A stretch of DNA of 64,000 nt from Candidatus Saccharibacteria bacterium UBA5145 (lineage in GTDB: Bacteria > Patescibacteriota > Saccharimonadia > Saccharimonadales > UBA4665): the NCBI GenBank assembly GCA_002413865.1, contig DHXX01000012.1, positions 20,241 through 84,240 of the forward strand, written 5' to 3'. Positions 8,101 to 16,413 of the stretch are shown here, in pieces. The first letter of the stretch is position 1. Each line of letters opens with the position of its first letter. The translations under genes were made by a program, and so were the position numbers. Below the pieces are notes generated by a model, which was not told the origin of the DNA, made no database searches, and was given only the letters and a program-made list of their open reading frames with translations.

Positions 8101-8202
8101 ATCAGTAGCGGGTCCGGCCATGTCGATGCCGCGATCGCCGACTTTGTTAATCAAGTTAACGGCCCACTACACCCACGACCAGGAGGTCCAATTGCCCCAT
8201 AA
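5197..8202 (+). CDS. VirB6/TrbL-like polytopic T4SS membrane protein (1001 aa) with large extra domains
   Basis: Signal peptide, a ~350-aa Cys-containing extracytoplasmic domain, a block of ~7 TM helices (about aa 375-620), then a ~380-aa hydrophilic tail. It is the first gene of the operon that contains PrgI-like and VirB4. Confidence 0.5.
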   Translation: MILKMKIQKMKSRSLLVLLALVPVLSTVIVLGTPVLGSHAAAATAPLPVDARVFSRQSYLMMTSQCGWTRGVGAIRAVAEPGIPFTPANGWMATDHNGANMNKSVGSAFRKFIPMNDDTARMDCDNAEGWVDKTLQVWNFKDPITFLWAVRDAGGLNWNKDMGAFSTKDGSNSNAENAAITKVVQKTPFSGATKGLAPDEQYYDWLVNFETQCSATFSNSPAATSTEINGIMSAQALLNGTPTPGYWHFDKRVGIDVDVGTALIASDGGSNCPEIANHVGNPILINAYAAYVKAGGTAPAVTGGGAAATSPDCESQGGALGWVLCPIIDGLAKTIDGLYSTMIQPLLVTRPIDILGSSSDPTHTYQIWSNFRIYGNIFLVIALLVIVFGQSIGGGMIEAYTAKKVLPRLLVAAVMVNLSIYLVAFAVDLTNILGNGLATIISAPFAQTPGFFKLSISGTTGGIGLTAIVGTAFWAAISAGPLWTFIWTFFLMPVLLTVLAILVTVVIRRGLIILLIIASPVAFALYCLPNTEKYFKKWWDLLIKTLLVYPIIAVIFAIANILAVTINSTSQSGGITGVVGQFVSVAALVVPLFLIPFAFKLAGGVIGQLHGALGGISKRGAEAYKGNANDPNSRRNRARNGLEDRNILSRERGVSRVGGLQKAGVTDNQSAQTARWKRRLGRTLSPVGRVLNSGDLEAKRSALTKKQAELREQKTGYGPDDSVRAFYAKKGDDGLWRSSTSGKVFSDLDVQKANSLYGRGAGLSASQAAINYELGKAGNDSEYNKFLAETPAMLEKKGYNHDEINGIMKGVGYANQAKRLDLKHSSFSKNEDTGLWKRRIDYATMSQDAAENFGSYPISNMKDSPLLALSEGHTAAQGAIADAALITGTDDASNKARQDVFDKAGFKAAALSDGTKMGGQALAERTIADNKTTAKILDTRMRQGQGIGSIGDDGTVIPSAPGIGSGANISSGSGHVDAAIADFVNQVNGPLHPRPGGPIAP

Positions 8203-8249
8203 ACAGTACCTCTCCAGCACGGAGAACTCAGGGTATCTACAGGTGACAC

Positions 8250-9359
8250 ATGGCATCATATAAAGTTATCCAGAATATCGAGGCCGAAGACAAGATTCTT
8301 GGGCCGTTGACGCTGCGGCAATTCATTTTTGCTTTGATCACCGCTTTCTTTCTATATCTCTGTTTTGTGGTGGTTACTAAGGGCGCTCCTTTCATGTTAG
8401 CCATCTTTCTGCCGCCAGCCCTGTTTACGGGCTTTTTTGCGCTGCCGATCGGCAAGGACCAGCCGACCGAGGTGTGGGCTTTGGCCAAGCTGCGCTTCTT
8501 GTTCAAACCGCGCAAGCGCATTTGGGACCAGAGCGGCGTCAAAGAGCTCGTTACTATAACCGTGCCAAAAAGGGTTGAGATAAATCGGACCAATGGGCTC
8601 AGCCAAGTTGAGGTGCAGAGCCGTTTGAGCGCCCTCGCCAACACCATCGATAGCCGGGGCTGGGCCATTAAAAACGTCAATGTTAATTTGTACAGTCAAC
8701 CGAGCCAGCTAACCATGGGGGGTGAATCTGACCGCTTGATCGATCCGTCGACAATGCCGCAAGCGGTACCGGATTATGACGTCCAGGCGTCCGACGATAT
8801 CCTCGACGAGCGCAGCAACCCCATCGCCCAGCAATTCGACCAGATGATCAACGCCTCGAGTCGGGCCCACCATCAACAACTCGTCAACACTATGAACGGC
8901 GTCCGCGCCGAACCGACCGCCCAGGTGCCAGTCGCGCCCGAGAATTACTGGTTCCTAAACCAAGCGCCGACGCCGCCGTCCGACGGGCAAGCCGTCTTTG
9001 CCCAAGCCCAAGTCGTGCAGCCAGGTCTAGTCGACGACGGAGCCACGCCGCCTGCAACCGCCGCCGAAGAGGCTTTATTAGACAACATCAAGGCCCGTAA
9101 TACGACCCAGCAGGTCTACAGCGCCCACATGAAAACGTTGCAACCACTGGGGGCCCAGTCGGCCAACCCAACCCCCGTTAATCAAGCTCCGGCCGTCGCG
9201 CCGGTACTGCCGCCCAAACCGATGACACCCCCTCCCAATCCTGCTATACTGAACTTGGCAAGTAATAACGACTTAAATGTGGCGACTTTGGCGCGGGAAG
9301 CCTACAAAGTAAAGAATCCTCAGTCGCCGCAGGATGAAGTTGTCATTTCACTACGCTAG
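8250..9359 (+). CDS. PrgI-family (VirB3-like) T4SS membrane protein with a long low-complexity tail
   Basis: The N-terminus MASYKVIQNIEAEDKILGPLTLRQFIFALITAFFLYL is the PrgI signature (..EDKI.GPLT.RQ..) followed by two TM helices. The C-terminal ~230 aa are Pro/Ala/Gln-rich. Confidence 0.7.
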   Translation: MASYKVIQNIEAEDKILGPLTLRQFIFALITAFFLYLCFVVVTKGAPFMLAIFLPPALFTGFFALPIGKDQPTEVWALAKLRFLFKPRKRIWDQSGVKELVTITVPKRVEINRTNGLSQVEVQSRLSALANTIDSRGWAIKNVNVNLYSQPSQLTMGGESDRLIDPSTMPQAVPDYDVQASDDILDERSNPIAQQFDQMINASSRAHHQQLVNTMNGVRAEPTAQVPVAPENYWFLNQAPTPPSDGQAVFAQAQVVQPGLVDDGATPPATAAEEALLDNIKARNTTQQVYSAHMKTLQPLGAQSANPTPVNQAPAVAPVLPPKPMTPPPNPAILNLASNNDLNVATLAREAYKVKNPQSPQDEVVISLR

Positions 9360-9405
9360 TCTTAAAAACAGACTGCGTTCTAGTAATAGGGTGGGCTAAA
9401 AACAT

Positions 9406-10341
9406 ATGAATCCGTCAGATCCAAATCAATCCAACCCTTACCCACAAGGGCCAGCCCCTACGCCCGTTTATCCCAACCCCGGGCAACCGGCTCCACCGGC
9501 CCAAGCTTACCCGGCACCGGCCGGCTACGCCGTCCCCGGGGCTACTACTGCGCCCGGGTCGACCGTCTTTGCGGCCGACGCCACCAGCGCCGTCAACGTC
9601 GCCGCCCCGCGCGCCAACCCCAACAGCACCCAAAACGCCCTTCAGATAGCAGAAGTCCGCGATGGTATCGTCATCATGAACGACGGTTCGTTCCGTTGCG
9701 TCGTCATGGTCAAGAGCATCAACTTCGACCTGATGAGCGGACAAGAACAGGAAGCCGTCGAATACAGCTATCAGGGCTTTCTAAACTCCTTGTACTTTCC
9801 GATTCAGATTTTCTTGCGTTCCCAGAAAATAGACCTCCAACCATATATCGCCAAACTCGACAAAATCCGCACCGAACACGACAACATGCTGCTCGCCCTG
9901 CTGATGGAAGACTACATCGGTTACATCGACGCCCTCAGCCAACAGACCAACATTATGGACAAGAAGTTTTATGTCATTATTCCATTCTTCCCGCTGGCCG
10001 ACGTCAAGCAGACGCTCGCCCAGAGCAAAAACTTCTTTAGCGGTATCGCCACGATGTTTAACAACAAAGAACAGCACGTCACGATCCACGAAGCCGACCT
10101 CGAAAACGCCAAAGCCGAACTGCGCAACCGCGTCCAGGCGGTGCTGTCGGGCTTGCTGCAATGCAGCATCCAAGGACTGCCGCTAGACACCCAGGAACTG
10201 ATCGAATTGTATTACGACACCTATAACCCCGACACCGCTACCCGCCAAGAACTCAAAGATTTTAACCAGATGACGGCCGATATCGTCACTAAAGGGCAGG
10301 GGACGGCCACCCAAGCCCACCTGCAGAGGGAATTACAGTAA
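9406..10341 (+). CDS. VirB4 N-terminal-domain protein (separate ORF)
   Basis: Pro-rich ~75-aa N-terminus. The segment IAEVRDGIVIMNDGSFRCVVMVKSINFDLMSGQEQEAVEYSYQGFLNSLYFPIQIF then matches the N-terminal module of Gram-positive VirB4 proteins (Tn916 Orf16 / PrgJ type). Confidence 0.6.
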   Translation: MNPSDPNQSNPYPQGPAPTPVYPNPGQPAPPAQAYPAPAGYAVPGATTAPGSTVFAADATSAVNVAAPRANPNSTQNALQIAEVRDGIVIMNDGSFRCVVMVKSINFDLMSGQEQEAVEYSYQGFLNSLYFPIQIFLRSQKIDLQPYIAKLDKIRTEHDNMLLALLMEDYIGYIDALSQQTNIMDKKFYVIIPFFPLADVKQTLAQSKNFFSGIATMFNNKEQHVTIHEADLENAKAELRNRVQAVLSGLLQCSIQGLPLDTQELIELYYDTYNPDTATRQELKDFNQMTADIVTKGQGTATQAHLQRELQ

Positions 10342-10350
10342 TGTGCTCAC

Positions 10351-10451
10351 AGTTGAAAGTTATAAAGTTCATAAAGTCGAAAGTATTAGGGGTTCAGGCC
10401 AGGTTTATGCAGCAGCTAACTTTCAACTTTCAAACTTTCAAACTTTCAACT
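10351..10451. repeat. family IV palindromic repeat (AGTTGAAAGTTATAAAGTTCATAAAGT type) inside the operon
   Basis: Left arm agttgaaagttataaagttcataaagtcgaaagt and right arm aactttcaactttcaaactttcaaactttcaact form a long imperfect hairpin. The same family occurs at 22724-22802 and 23169-23195. Confidence 0.8.
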
Positions 10452-10474
10452 AGTGCAACCAAAGGGAGCGCCTA

Positions 10475-12397
10475 ATGGCCTTCGGCAAACAACCCGCCCT
10501 CGACCCAGTCGCCATAGCCCAGGCCCAGCGGGCCCGTGAAGAGGTCGAAGTCCAGGCCGCCTTCCAGAAGGGCGTGACCGCCCTGCGTGACTTCATCGCC
10601 CCCAGTTCGCTCGAGTTCAGTAGTACCCACTTCCAGCTCGGTACCCGCTACGCCCGCACTTATTACGTCTACGGCTACCCGCGCCAACTCTACACCGGCT
10701 GGTTGAGCGGCATGGTCAACCTCGACGAAGTCATCGACATGAGCATGTACGTCTACCCGGTCGAAAGCCAAGTCGTGCTCGAGAACTTGCGCAAAAAGGT
10801 CACCCAGCTCGAGGCCGGCATCCAGATCGACGGCGAAAAGGGCCGTATCCGTGACCCGGGCAAACAGGCCGCTATCATCGACGCCGAAGAGATGCGTGAC
10901 AAGTTACAGGTCGGCGAAGAGCGCTTCTTCCGCTTCGGCCTGTACTTTACGGTTTACGCCAACTCGATCGAAGAATTGGAATTTGTCAGTCACAAAATCG
11001 AGTCAATGCTCGGCCAGCAGTTGGTCTATTCCAAACCGGCCACCAGCCAGCAAGAACAGGGCTTCAACAGCACCGTGCCGCAGATGAACGACCAGCTCCA
11101 AATCCGCCGCAACATGAGCACCGGCGCCCTCAGCACCAGCTTCCCGTTCACTAGCGCCGACCTGACCCAAGACACCGGTATTTTGTACGGCATCAACATG
11201 CATAACTCCGGTTTGGTCATCTTCGACCGCTTTAGTCTGGAGAACGGCAACTCGGTCGTCTTCGCCAAGGCTGGGGCCGGCAAGTCGTTCACCGTCAAGC
11301 TCGAGGCCTTGCGCAGTATGATGTTTGGCACCGAGATCATCATCATCGACCCCGAGAACGAGTACCAGCGGATGTGTGAAGCCGTCGGTGGCGCCTATGT
11401 GCGGCTCAGCCTGAGCTCGGCCACCAGAATCAATCCGTTTGACCTGCCGAAAGTGGTCGACTCCGAAGAAGCCGACAACGCCCTGCGCTCCAATTTGATT
11501 ACCCTCCATGGACTGCTACGCCTGATGATGGGTGGCGCCCAAGCCCAAATGCTCGGCGGCGCTAACGTCATGACACCGGCCCTGGCACCGAGCGAAGAAG
11601 CCGACCTCGACGCCGCCCTGATCGAGACCTACGCCAAAGCCGGTATCACCAATGATCCGTTGACCCACACCGGCCTACCGCCGACCATCGCCGACCTCTA
11701 CGATACGTTGCTGCACATGGGCGGTAACGGTCCGCAGCTGGCCCAACGCTTGCGTAAATACACCAGTGGCACGTTCGCCGGCATCTTCAGCCAGCAATCC
11801 AACATCAACATCAACAACCCGTTAGTCGTCTTTAACATCCGTGACCTCGAAGACGAACTGCGTCCCGTCGCCATGTATATCGTCCTCAACTACATTTGGA
11901 ATAAGACCAAAACCGACCAGCGCCGCCGCATCCTAATCGTCGATGAAGCTTGGCAGCTCATGAAGTATGAAGACTCGGCCAATTTCTTGTTCTCGCTGGC
12001 CAAGCGGGCCCGCAAATACAACCTCGGTATTACCACCATCACCCAAGACGTCGAGGACTTTATGGGTTCACGGATGGGCCGGGCGATCGTCGCCAACGCC
12101 AGCATGCAAATCCTGCTCAAACAGTCACCGACGGCGGTCGATCTATTGAGTACCGTCTTTAAGCTAACCAGCGAAGAGAAGAAGCGCCTCAGTCAATTCC
12201 CGGTCGGCCAGGGACTGTTCTTTGCCGGTCAAAACCACGTCCACATCCAAGTCGTGGCCAGCCCGACCGAGACGGGGCTGATCACGACCGACCCGCAGCA
12301 GCTCCAACAGATGAAGACCGCCAACGAGCAAGGCGAGTTCAACCAACCTCAAGGCACTATCGACCTCAGTAATCGCTTGTACCCTGGTAGCGTATAA
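10475..12397 (+). CDS. virB4: VirB4-family T4SS ATPase (middle and ATPase domains)
   Basis: Walker A VVFAKAGAGKSFT, Walker B RRILIVDEAWQLM, and upstream module IAPSSLEFSSTHFQLGTRYARTYYVYGYPRQLYTGWL typical of VirB4/TrsE. RBS AAGGGAG lies 7 nt before the ATG. Confidence 0.85.
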   Translation: MAFGKQPALDPVAIAQAQRAREEVEVQAAFQKGVTALRDFIAPSSLEFSSTHFQLGTRYARTYYVYGYPRQLYTGWLSGMVNLDEVIDMSMYVYPVESQVVLENLRKKVTQLEAGIQIDGEKGRIRDPGKQAAIIDAEEMRDKLQVGEERFFRFGLYFTVYANSIEELEFVSHKIESMLGQQLVYSKPATSQQEQGFNSTVPQMNDQLQIRRNMSTGALSTSFPFTSADLTQDTGILYGINMHNSGLVIFDRFSLENGNSVVFAKAGAGKSFTVKLEALRSMMFGTEIIIIDPENEYQRMCEAVGGAYVRLSLSSATRINPFDLPKVVDSEEADNALRSNLITLHGLLRLMMGGAQAQMLGGANVMTPALAPSEEADLDAALIETYAKAGITNDPLTHTGLPPTIADLYDTLLHMGGNGPQLAQRLRKYTSGTFAGIFSQQSNININNPLVVFNIRDLEDELRPVAMYIVLNYIWNKTKTDQRRRILIVDEAWQLMKYEDSANFLFSLAKRARKYNLGITTITQDVEDFMGSRMGRAIVANASMQILLKQSPTAVDLLSTVFKLTSEEKKRLSQFPVGQGLFFAGQNHVHIQVVASPTETGLITTDPQQLQQMKTANEQGEFNQPQGTIDLSNRLYPGSV

Positions 12398-12429
12398 TAA
12401 GTTTTGTAATAATGTGGAAATAAACAGTT

Positions 12430-15372
12430 ATGGGCGAACCAGCCTTCAATTTACCCGAGGATGATCGACCGGATATCCGACCAGACCTACCTGGACTCCG
12501 CGCCCTAGAAGGTGGCGGGGAGGGCGATGGTGTACCACGCGGCGAACTCCACTCCGTTAAAGCCGCCGATGATGAATCCGACAACAGCTCTAAAGCTGTT
12601 AGTTCCGGCGGCCTAGCCTCGTCTGAAGCGGGGCTTGGTCTGGCCGCCAAACAACTTGGCAGAGGTTTCACTGGTGGCGCCATCTCAAAAGTAGAGACTG
12701 TCAAAAATCTATTTTGGAGCAGCAAAAACCGACGACGCAGTACCGTTGGCGGGGGGGTAATCGGCGGCCTAGTCGGTATCGGGTTTATGCTGGCCGGTAT
12801 TTCGTCCGGCCCGCTGCAAGCTGTCCATTTGTCCCAGATACTTATGAAGAATTTCCATGGCTCCGAAGAAACCTCGGCTGTTCGCACCCAGGGGCTGTTT
12901 CGGTTTGCGCGGTCCGGGAATGTCGGGGAGACCCGTGTCGGCAAACTTGGCAGCCTAACCTTCGGCAAGACCACGGCCCAACTAAACGATATTGGCATTA
13001 CCTATGAAAGAAGCCCGTTGACGGGCAGCCCTAAAACGGTGACCTTTAATAAGGCCAAAATGGCCGAAAAGTTTCCGGAGCTTAAAAAAATGAACAATAC
13101 CGAAGCCCGCTCCTTTATCGAGAAAACGTTTGATCTTTCGCCTGGAGATCTAAGACAATTTAGCGACGGTATGTACAACGTCAATACCCGGGGCTTCAAC
13201 ATCAGCGCCACGCGGGCCTTAACCGATAAGAGCATGAGCTTGCTCGGCGACGGCAAAATAACAACTGCCGTCAAGTTCCGAGTTTTTAATAAGTTCAATA
13301 ACACTCCGTCACTGCTTCATCCAATCGAGCGCGTAAAAGCCAGCGCCGAGAATACAGCCGGTCACGCCCTTGATGCAAAAAAAGCCGAAGAAGATCGGGC
13401 CAAAGCTAGAGAACCCGCCCCAACCGAAGAAACCGTAAAAGCTAAGGCAAATATAAAGGACAGCCTGAGTGGCTATAAGGGGGCGGCCGCCGGGGCCCTA
13501 CTGGTCACCGCTGGCATGTGTTTAGTGCGCTCGATTGCCGACGATGTCGTTACGGTAAACCAAGCCGCCATTGTAACCCCCGCCGCCATAGAAGCGACTG
13601 ATAAAATAGCGGTCGGGGCCCAGGTCCAAGCGGGGCAGGACGTTAGTATGCCCGCAGTTGGGGCGGTCGTCCAAAACTTCACCAACAACCAGGGTCAGAC
13701 TATCTGGGCCGCCAAAGGTATTCAGGAAACGGCGACTCCGGGTTTAGCGGGCGGGGAAGACATCACTCCGGACTACAAACAAGCCTTCAATAGCAACACC
13801 ACGGCCGATAATATCCGTAGCACCATCGGTGGGGGTGATTTCGGCAAGGTCGCTTGCAGTAAACCCGGCTTAGTTATTCAATTTGCGGCCGGTATTGGAA
13901 TGTTAATTGCCGCTGCCCCGACCGGGGGAGCCACCGCGGCGGCTTATTTCGGGGCCAAAGCCGGGGCTGGACTAATTGCGACGGCTGGGGTGTTCTATAT
14001 GCTCGAACAACAGCTCACCAACCTATTTTCGACTGATGCGATCGCTCCAAAAGTAATGAGTGGGCCGATTGGTGGAAACCTACTAGCCTATGGTGCTCGA
14101 GCGGCGGGCGGTATTGAAGCGCGGTCTTCGGGAGGAATAGCGCTAAGCAACCCCGAATCGGCCATGCTGGAGCAACAGCAACAAACTCAGAGCGTCAAGG
14201 ATTTTCAATCCAGGAGCGTCTTCGCTAGGGTATTTGACGTTCACGATTATCGGTCACTGGCGTCGCGGGCCATCGACACGCAAAGCCCGGACCCTGGCCA
14301 AAACCTTAAAAACATGGCCATCGGTCTAATTAGCGTCAATAAGTGGCTACCAACCATATTATCTTCGATACTTCCGCGAGCGCACGCCGCCAGTACGCCT
14401 TATGACTGGGGTTTCCCGCAGTATGGCATCCCGAGCAGTATAGCCAACGATCCCAAATATGAAGACCCCTATGATAACGCTGATAAAGTTGCGGCCATCC
14501 TCGACCACGACACTACCGACAACTACAAAAACCGCGCCCTGGAATGCTTTGGTGCCACACTAGCTAAAGGCGGTGATGGCTGGAACGTTGTCGCTGAAAA
14601 GGAAGTTAATCCTAGCACCGGGGCCTATACCGGTTCAAGCTGTAGTGATACCAGCGATGACAGCTGGAAAAGGATTATGTTGTTTGTTTTCGATACCCGT
14701 ACTATGGACGCCATCTCTTGTTATCACGGTGACGACGACCAAGCCTGCAGCGATGTCGGCTTTGGTTCTCCGGCCGCAACGACTCCGGGCAGCGGGGGTG
14801 GCGGCTCGACTTCTGGGCCGGTCGCGGAAGGCACGAATTCCCAGCTGGCTCAAAAAATTCTCGACTACAAAAAAACCGGGCAGTATTCTTGCGACAACCC
14901 CGGGGACTGCGCGGACCTGCAAAAAGTAGTCGCCGGACATACGTTGTCGGGTAGCCAAGGCTGCACCGCCCAGACGCTCGACACACATGTTTTGCAGCTG
15001 ATGCTCTACGCCATAGAAGTCGGCAAGTTTAAGATTGGCACTTACTCGTTGTGTGGCGACCATAGCCATGACGGTGCGCACGGCCACTCCGGCGGCTATG
15101 CCGTTGATATTAGTTCTGTCAATGGAGTCGGCGTCAATCAAAATAGCACTCAAGCCAAAACTAATACTCTAGCGCTGGACAAGTTCTTAAATGCTCTACC
15201 AGCCACTCTGACATTGAGCCAGCAAATATCTTACGGCTATGGTAACCACTTCGACGCGGATTTGGCAGCCACCCAGCAGTATGGTAGTAAATTGTGCACC
15301 ACTAGCTGTGTCAGCATCTATACGTTGGGCGTGGAATCGGAACACGAGAATCACATCCATGCCGGCTATTAA
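12430..15372 (+). CDS. T4SS-associated membrane protein with C-terminal LAS-type (M15-like) zinc peptidase domain
   Basis: Disordered N-terminus and several TM segments (GGVIGGLVGIGFMLAGI, GAAAGALLVTAGMCLV, LVIQFAAGIGMLIAAAP...GLIATAGVFYML), then a Gly/Ser linker. C-terminal H-x6-D (HSGGYAVD) and H-x-H (HIH) motifs. Confidence 0.6.
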   Translation: MGEPAFNLPEDDRPDIRPDLPGLRALEGGGEGDGVPRGELHSVKAADDESDNSSKAVSSGGLASSEAGLGLAAKQLGRGFTGGAISKVETVKNLFWSSKNRRRSTVGGGVIGGLVGIGFMLAGISSGPLQAVHLSQILMKNFHGSEETSAVRTQGLFRFARSGNVGETRVGKLGSLTFGKTTAQLNDIGITYERSPLTGSPKTVTFNKAKMAEKFPELKKMNNTEARSFIEKTFDLSPGDLRQFSDGMYNVNTRGFNISATRALTDKSMSLLGDGKITTAVKFRVFNKFNNTPSLLHPIERVKASAENTAGHALDAKKAEEDRAKAREPAPTEETVKAKANIKDSLSGYKGAAAGALLVTAGMCLVRSIADDVVTVNQAAIVTPAAIEATDKIAVGAQVQAGQDVSMPAVGAVVQNFTNNQGQTIWAAKGIQETATPGLAGGEDITPDYKQAFNSNTTADNIRSTIGGGDFGKVACSKPGLVIQFAAGIGMLIAAAPTGGATAAAYFGAKAGAGLIATAGVFYMLEQQLTNLFSTDAIAPKVMSGPIGGNLLAYGARAAGGIEARSSGGIALSNPESAMLEQQQQTQSVKDFQSRSVFARVFDVHDYRSLASRAIDTQSPDPGQNLKNMAIGLISVNKWLPTILSSILPRAHAASTPYDWGFPQYGIPSSIANDPKYEDPYDNADKVAAILDHDTTDNYKNRALECFGATLAKGGDGWNVVAEKEVNPSTGAYTGSSCSDTSDDSWKRIMLFVFDTRTMDAISCYHGDDDQACSDVGFGSPAATTPGSGGGGSTSGPVAEGTNSQLAQKILDYKKTGQYSCDNPGDCADLQKVVAGHTLSGSQGCTAQTLDTHVLQLMLYAIEVGKFKIGTYSLCGDHSHDGAHGHSGGYAVDISSVNGVGVNQNSTQAKTNTLALDKFLNALPATLTLSQQISYGYGNHFDADLAATQQYGSKLCTTSCVSIYTLGVESEHENHIHAGY

Positions 15373-16411
15373 GATTAAACCGATTGGCGGCCAACGCTCC
15401 TGGTTCCTCGCAATAAGTGTCTTGGTTTTGTTGGTGTCGCCTTCGTTGGTCAACGCCCAAGCTTTGACCGGAGCTCAAACCCAAGTCCTTCAAGAGGGCA
15501 TACTCTTCTTTGACACCGAAGTCGCCGGTAGCGCTACTAGCAATAGCGGAACCTCGTCGTGTGCTTTGGCCACCTTACCGGCTATCAGTGACGCTAGCCA
15601 AGTGGCGAGCGCGATTGATAAATTTGTGCAGGATAATGGCGGCAAAGGCTCGCCGTTCGATGGCCTGGGTAGCCACATCGTAGCCGGTTCGCAGCGGGCC
15701 GGAGTCAATCCATTCTTAGTAGCGGCCCAAGCCCTAAAAGAGAGTAGCTTTGGTGTCCATATACCGCCGGGATCTTTTAACGCCTTTGGTCGTTCCGCCA
15801 CCACTGGTCAACCGGCGGTCCAACTCGCTGGTCGGTCGTGGTATAAGTGGTCGTCTTGGGCAGCTAGCGTCGATAGTGCGGACGACGAGCAAAGCCTGAT
15901 AAAATCCGTCTATATCGATGCCGGCTTGATACAAATTATCGACTTAGTTAGCAAGTATGCACCGGCTTCAGACGGTAATAATCCGACTAACTACGCGAAA
16001 CAAATAACCGGCTGGATGCAAGAAATGGCCGCCAATGCCGGCACAGCCGTCGACTGCGGCCAAGGGTCGACCGGTGGGGGCGCGTCAGCACCAGGTAGTC
16101 CAACCGGCAACGCCGCGATCGGCAAGCAACTAGCGGCGGCCAATGGCTGGGGTGATGGCACCCAATGGCAGTGCTTGTATACTCTCTGGCAACATGAATC
16201 GGGCTGGAATGAAAAAGCAGGGAATCCTAGTTCCGGCGCCTATGGCATACCCCAGTCACTACCAGCCAGTAAAATGGCCTCGGCGGGCAGTGATTATAGA
16301 ACAAATCCGGCCACACAAATCAAATGGGGGTTAAGCTATATACAAGGCCGCTACCAAAACCCCTGTAACGCTTGGGCGCTGTGGCAAAGCCGTAATCCGC
16401 ACTGGTATTAA
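15359..16411 (+). CDS. secreted two-domain peptidoglycan hydrolase (GH73 glucosaminidase-like plus lysozyme-like transglycosylase domain)
   Basis: Start taken at MPAIKIK (ATG 15359, 14-nt overlap with the upstream gene). Signal peptide ends SLVNAQA. Motifs VAAQALKESSFG...NAFG and C-terminal LWQHESGWNEKAGNPSSGAYGIPQSLP...QIKWGLSYIQGRY. Confidence 0.65.
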   Translation: MPAIKIKPIGGQRSWFLAISVLVLLVSPSLVNAQALTGAQTQVLQEGILFFDTEVAGSATSNSGTSSCALATLPAISDASQVASAIDKFVQDNGGKGSPFDGLGSHIVAGSQRAGVNPFLVAAQALKESSFGVHIPPGSFNAFGRSATTGQPAVQLAGRSWYKWSSWAASVDSADDEQSLIKSVYIDAGLIQIIDLVSKYAPASDGNNPTNYAKQITGWMQEMAANAGTAVDCGQGSTGGGASAPGSPTGNAAIGKQLAAANGWGDGTQWQCLYTLWQHESGWNEKAGNPSSGAYGIPQSLPASKMASAGSDYRTNPATQIKWGLSYIQGRYQNPCNAWALWQSRNPHWY

Positions 16412-16413
16412 TT

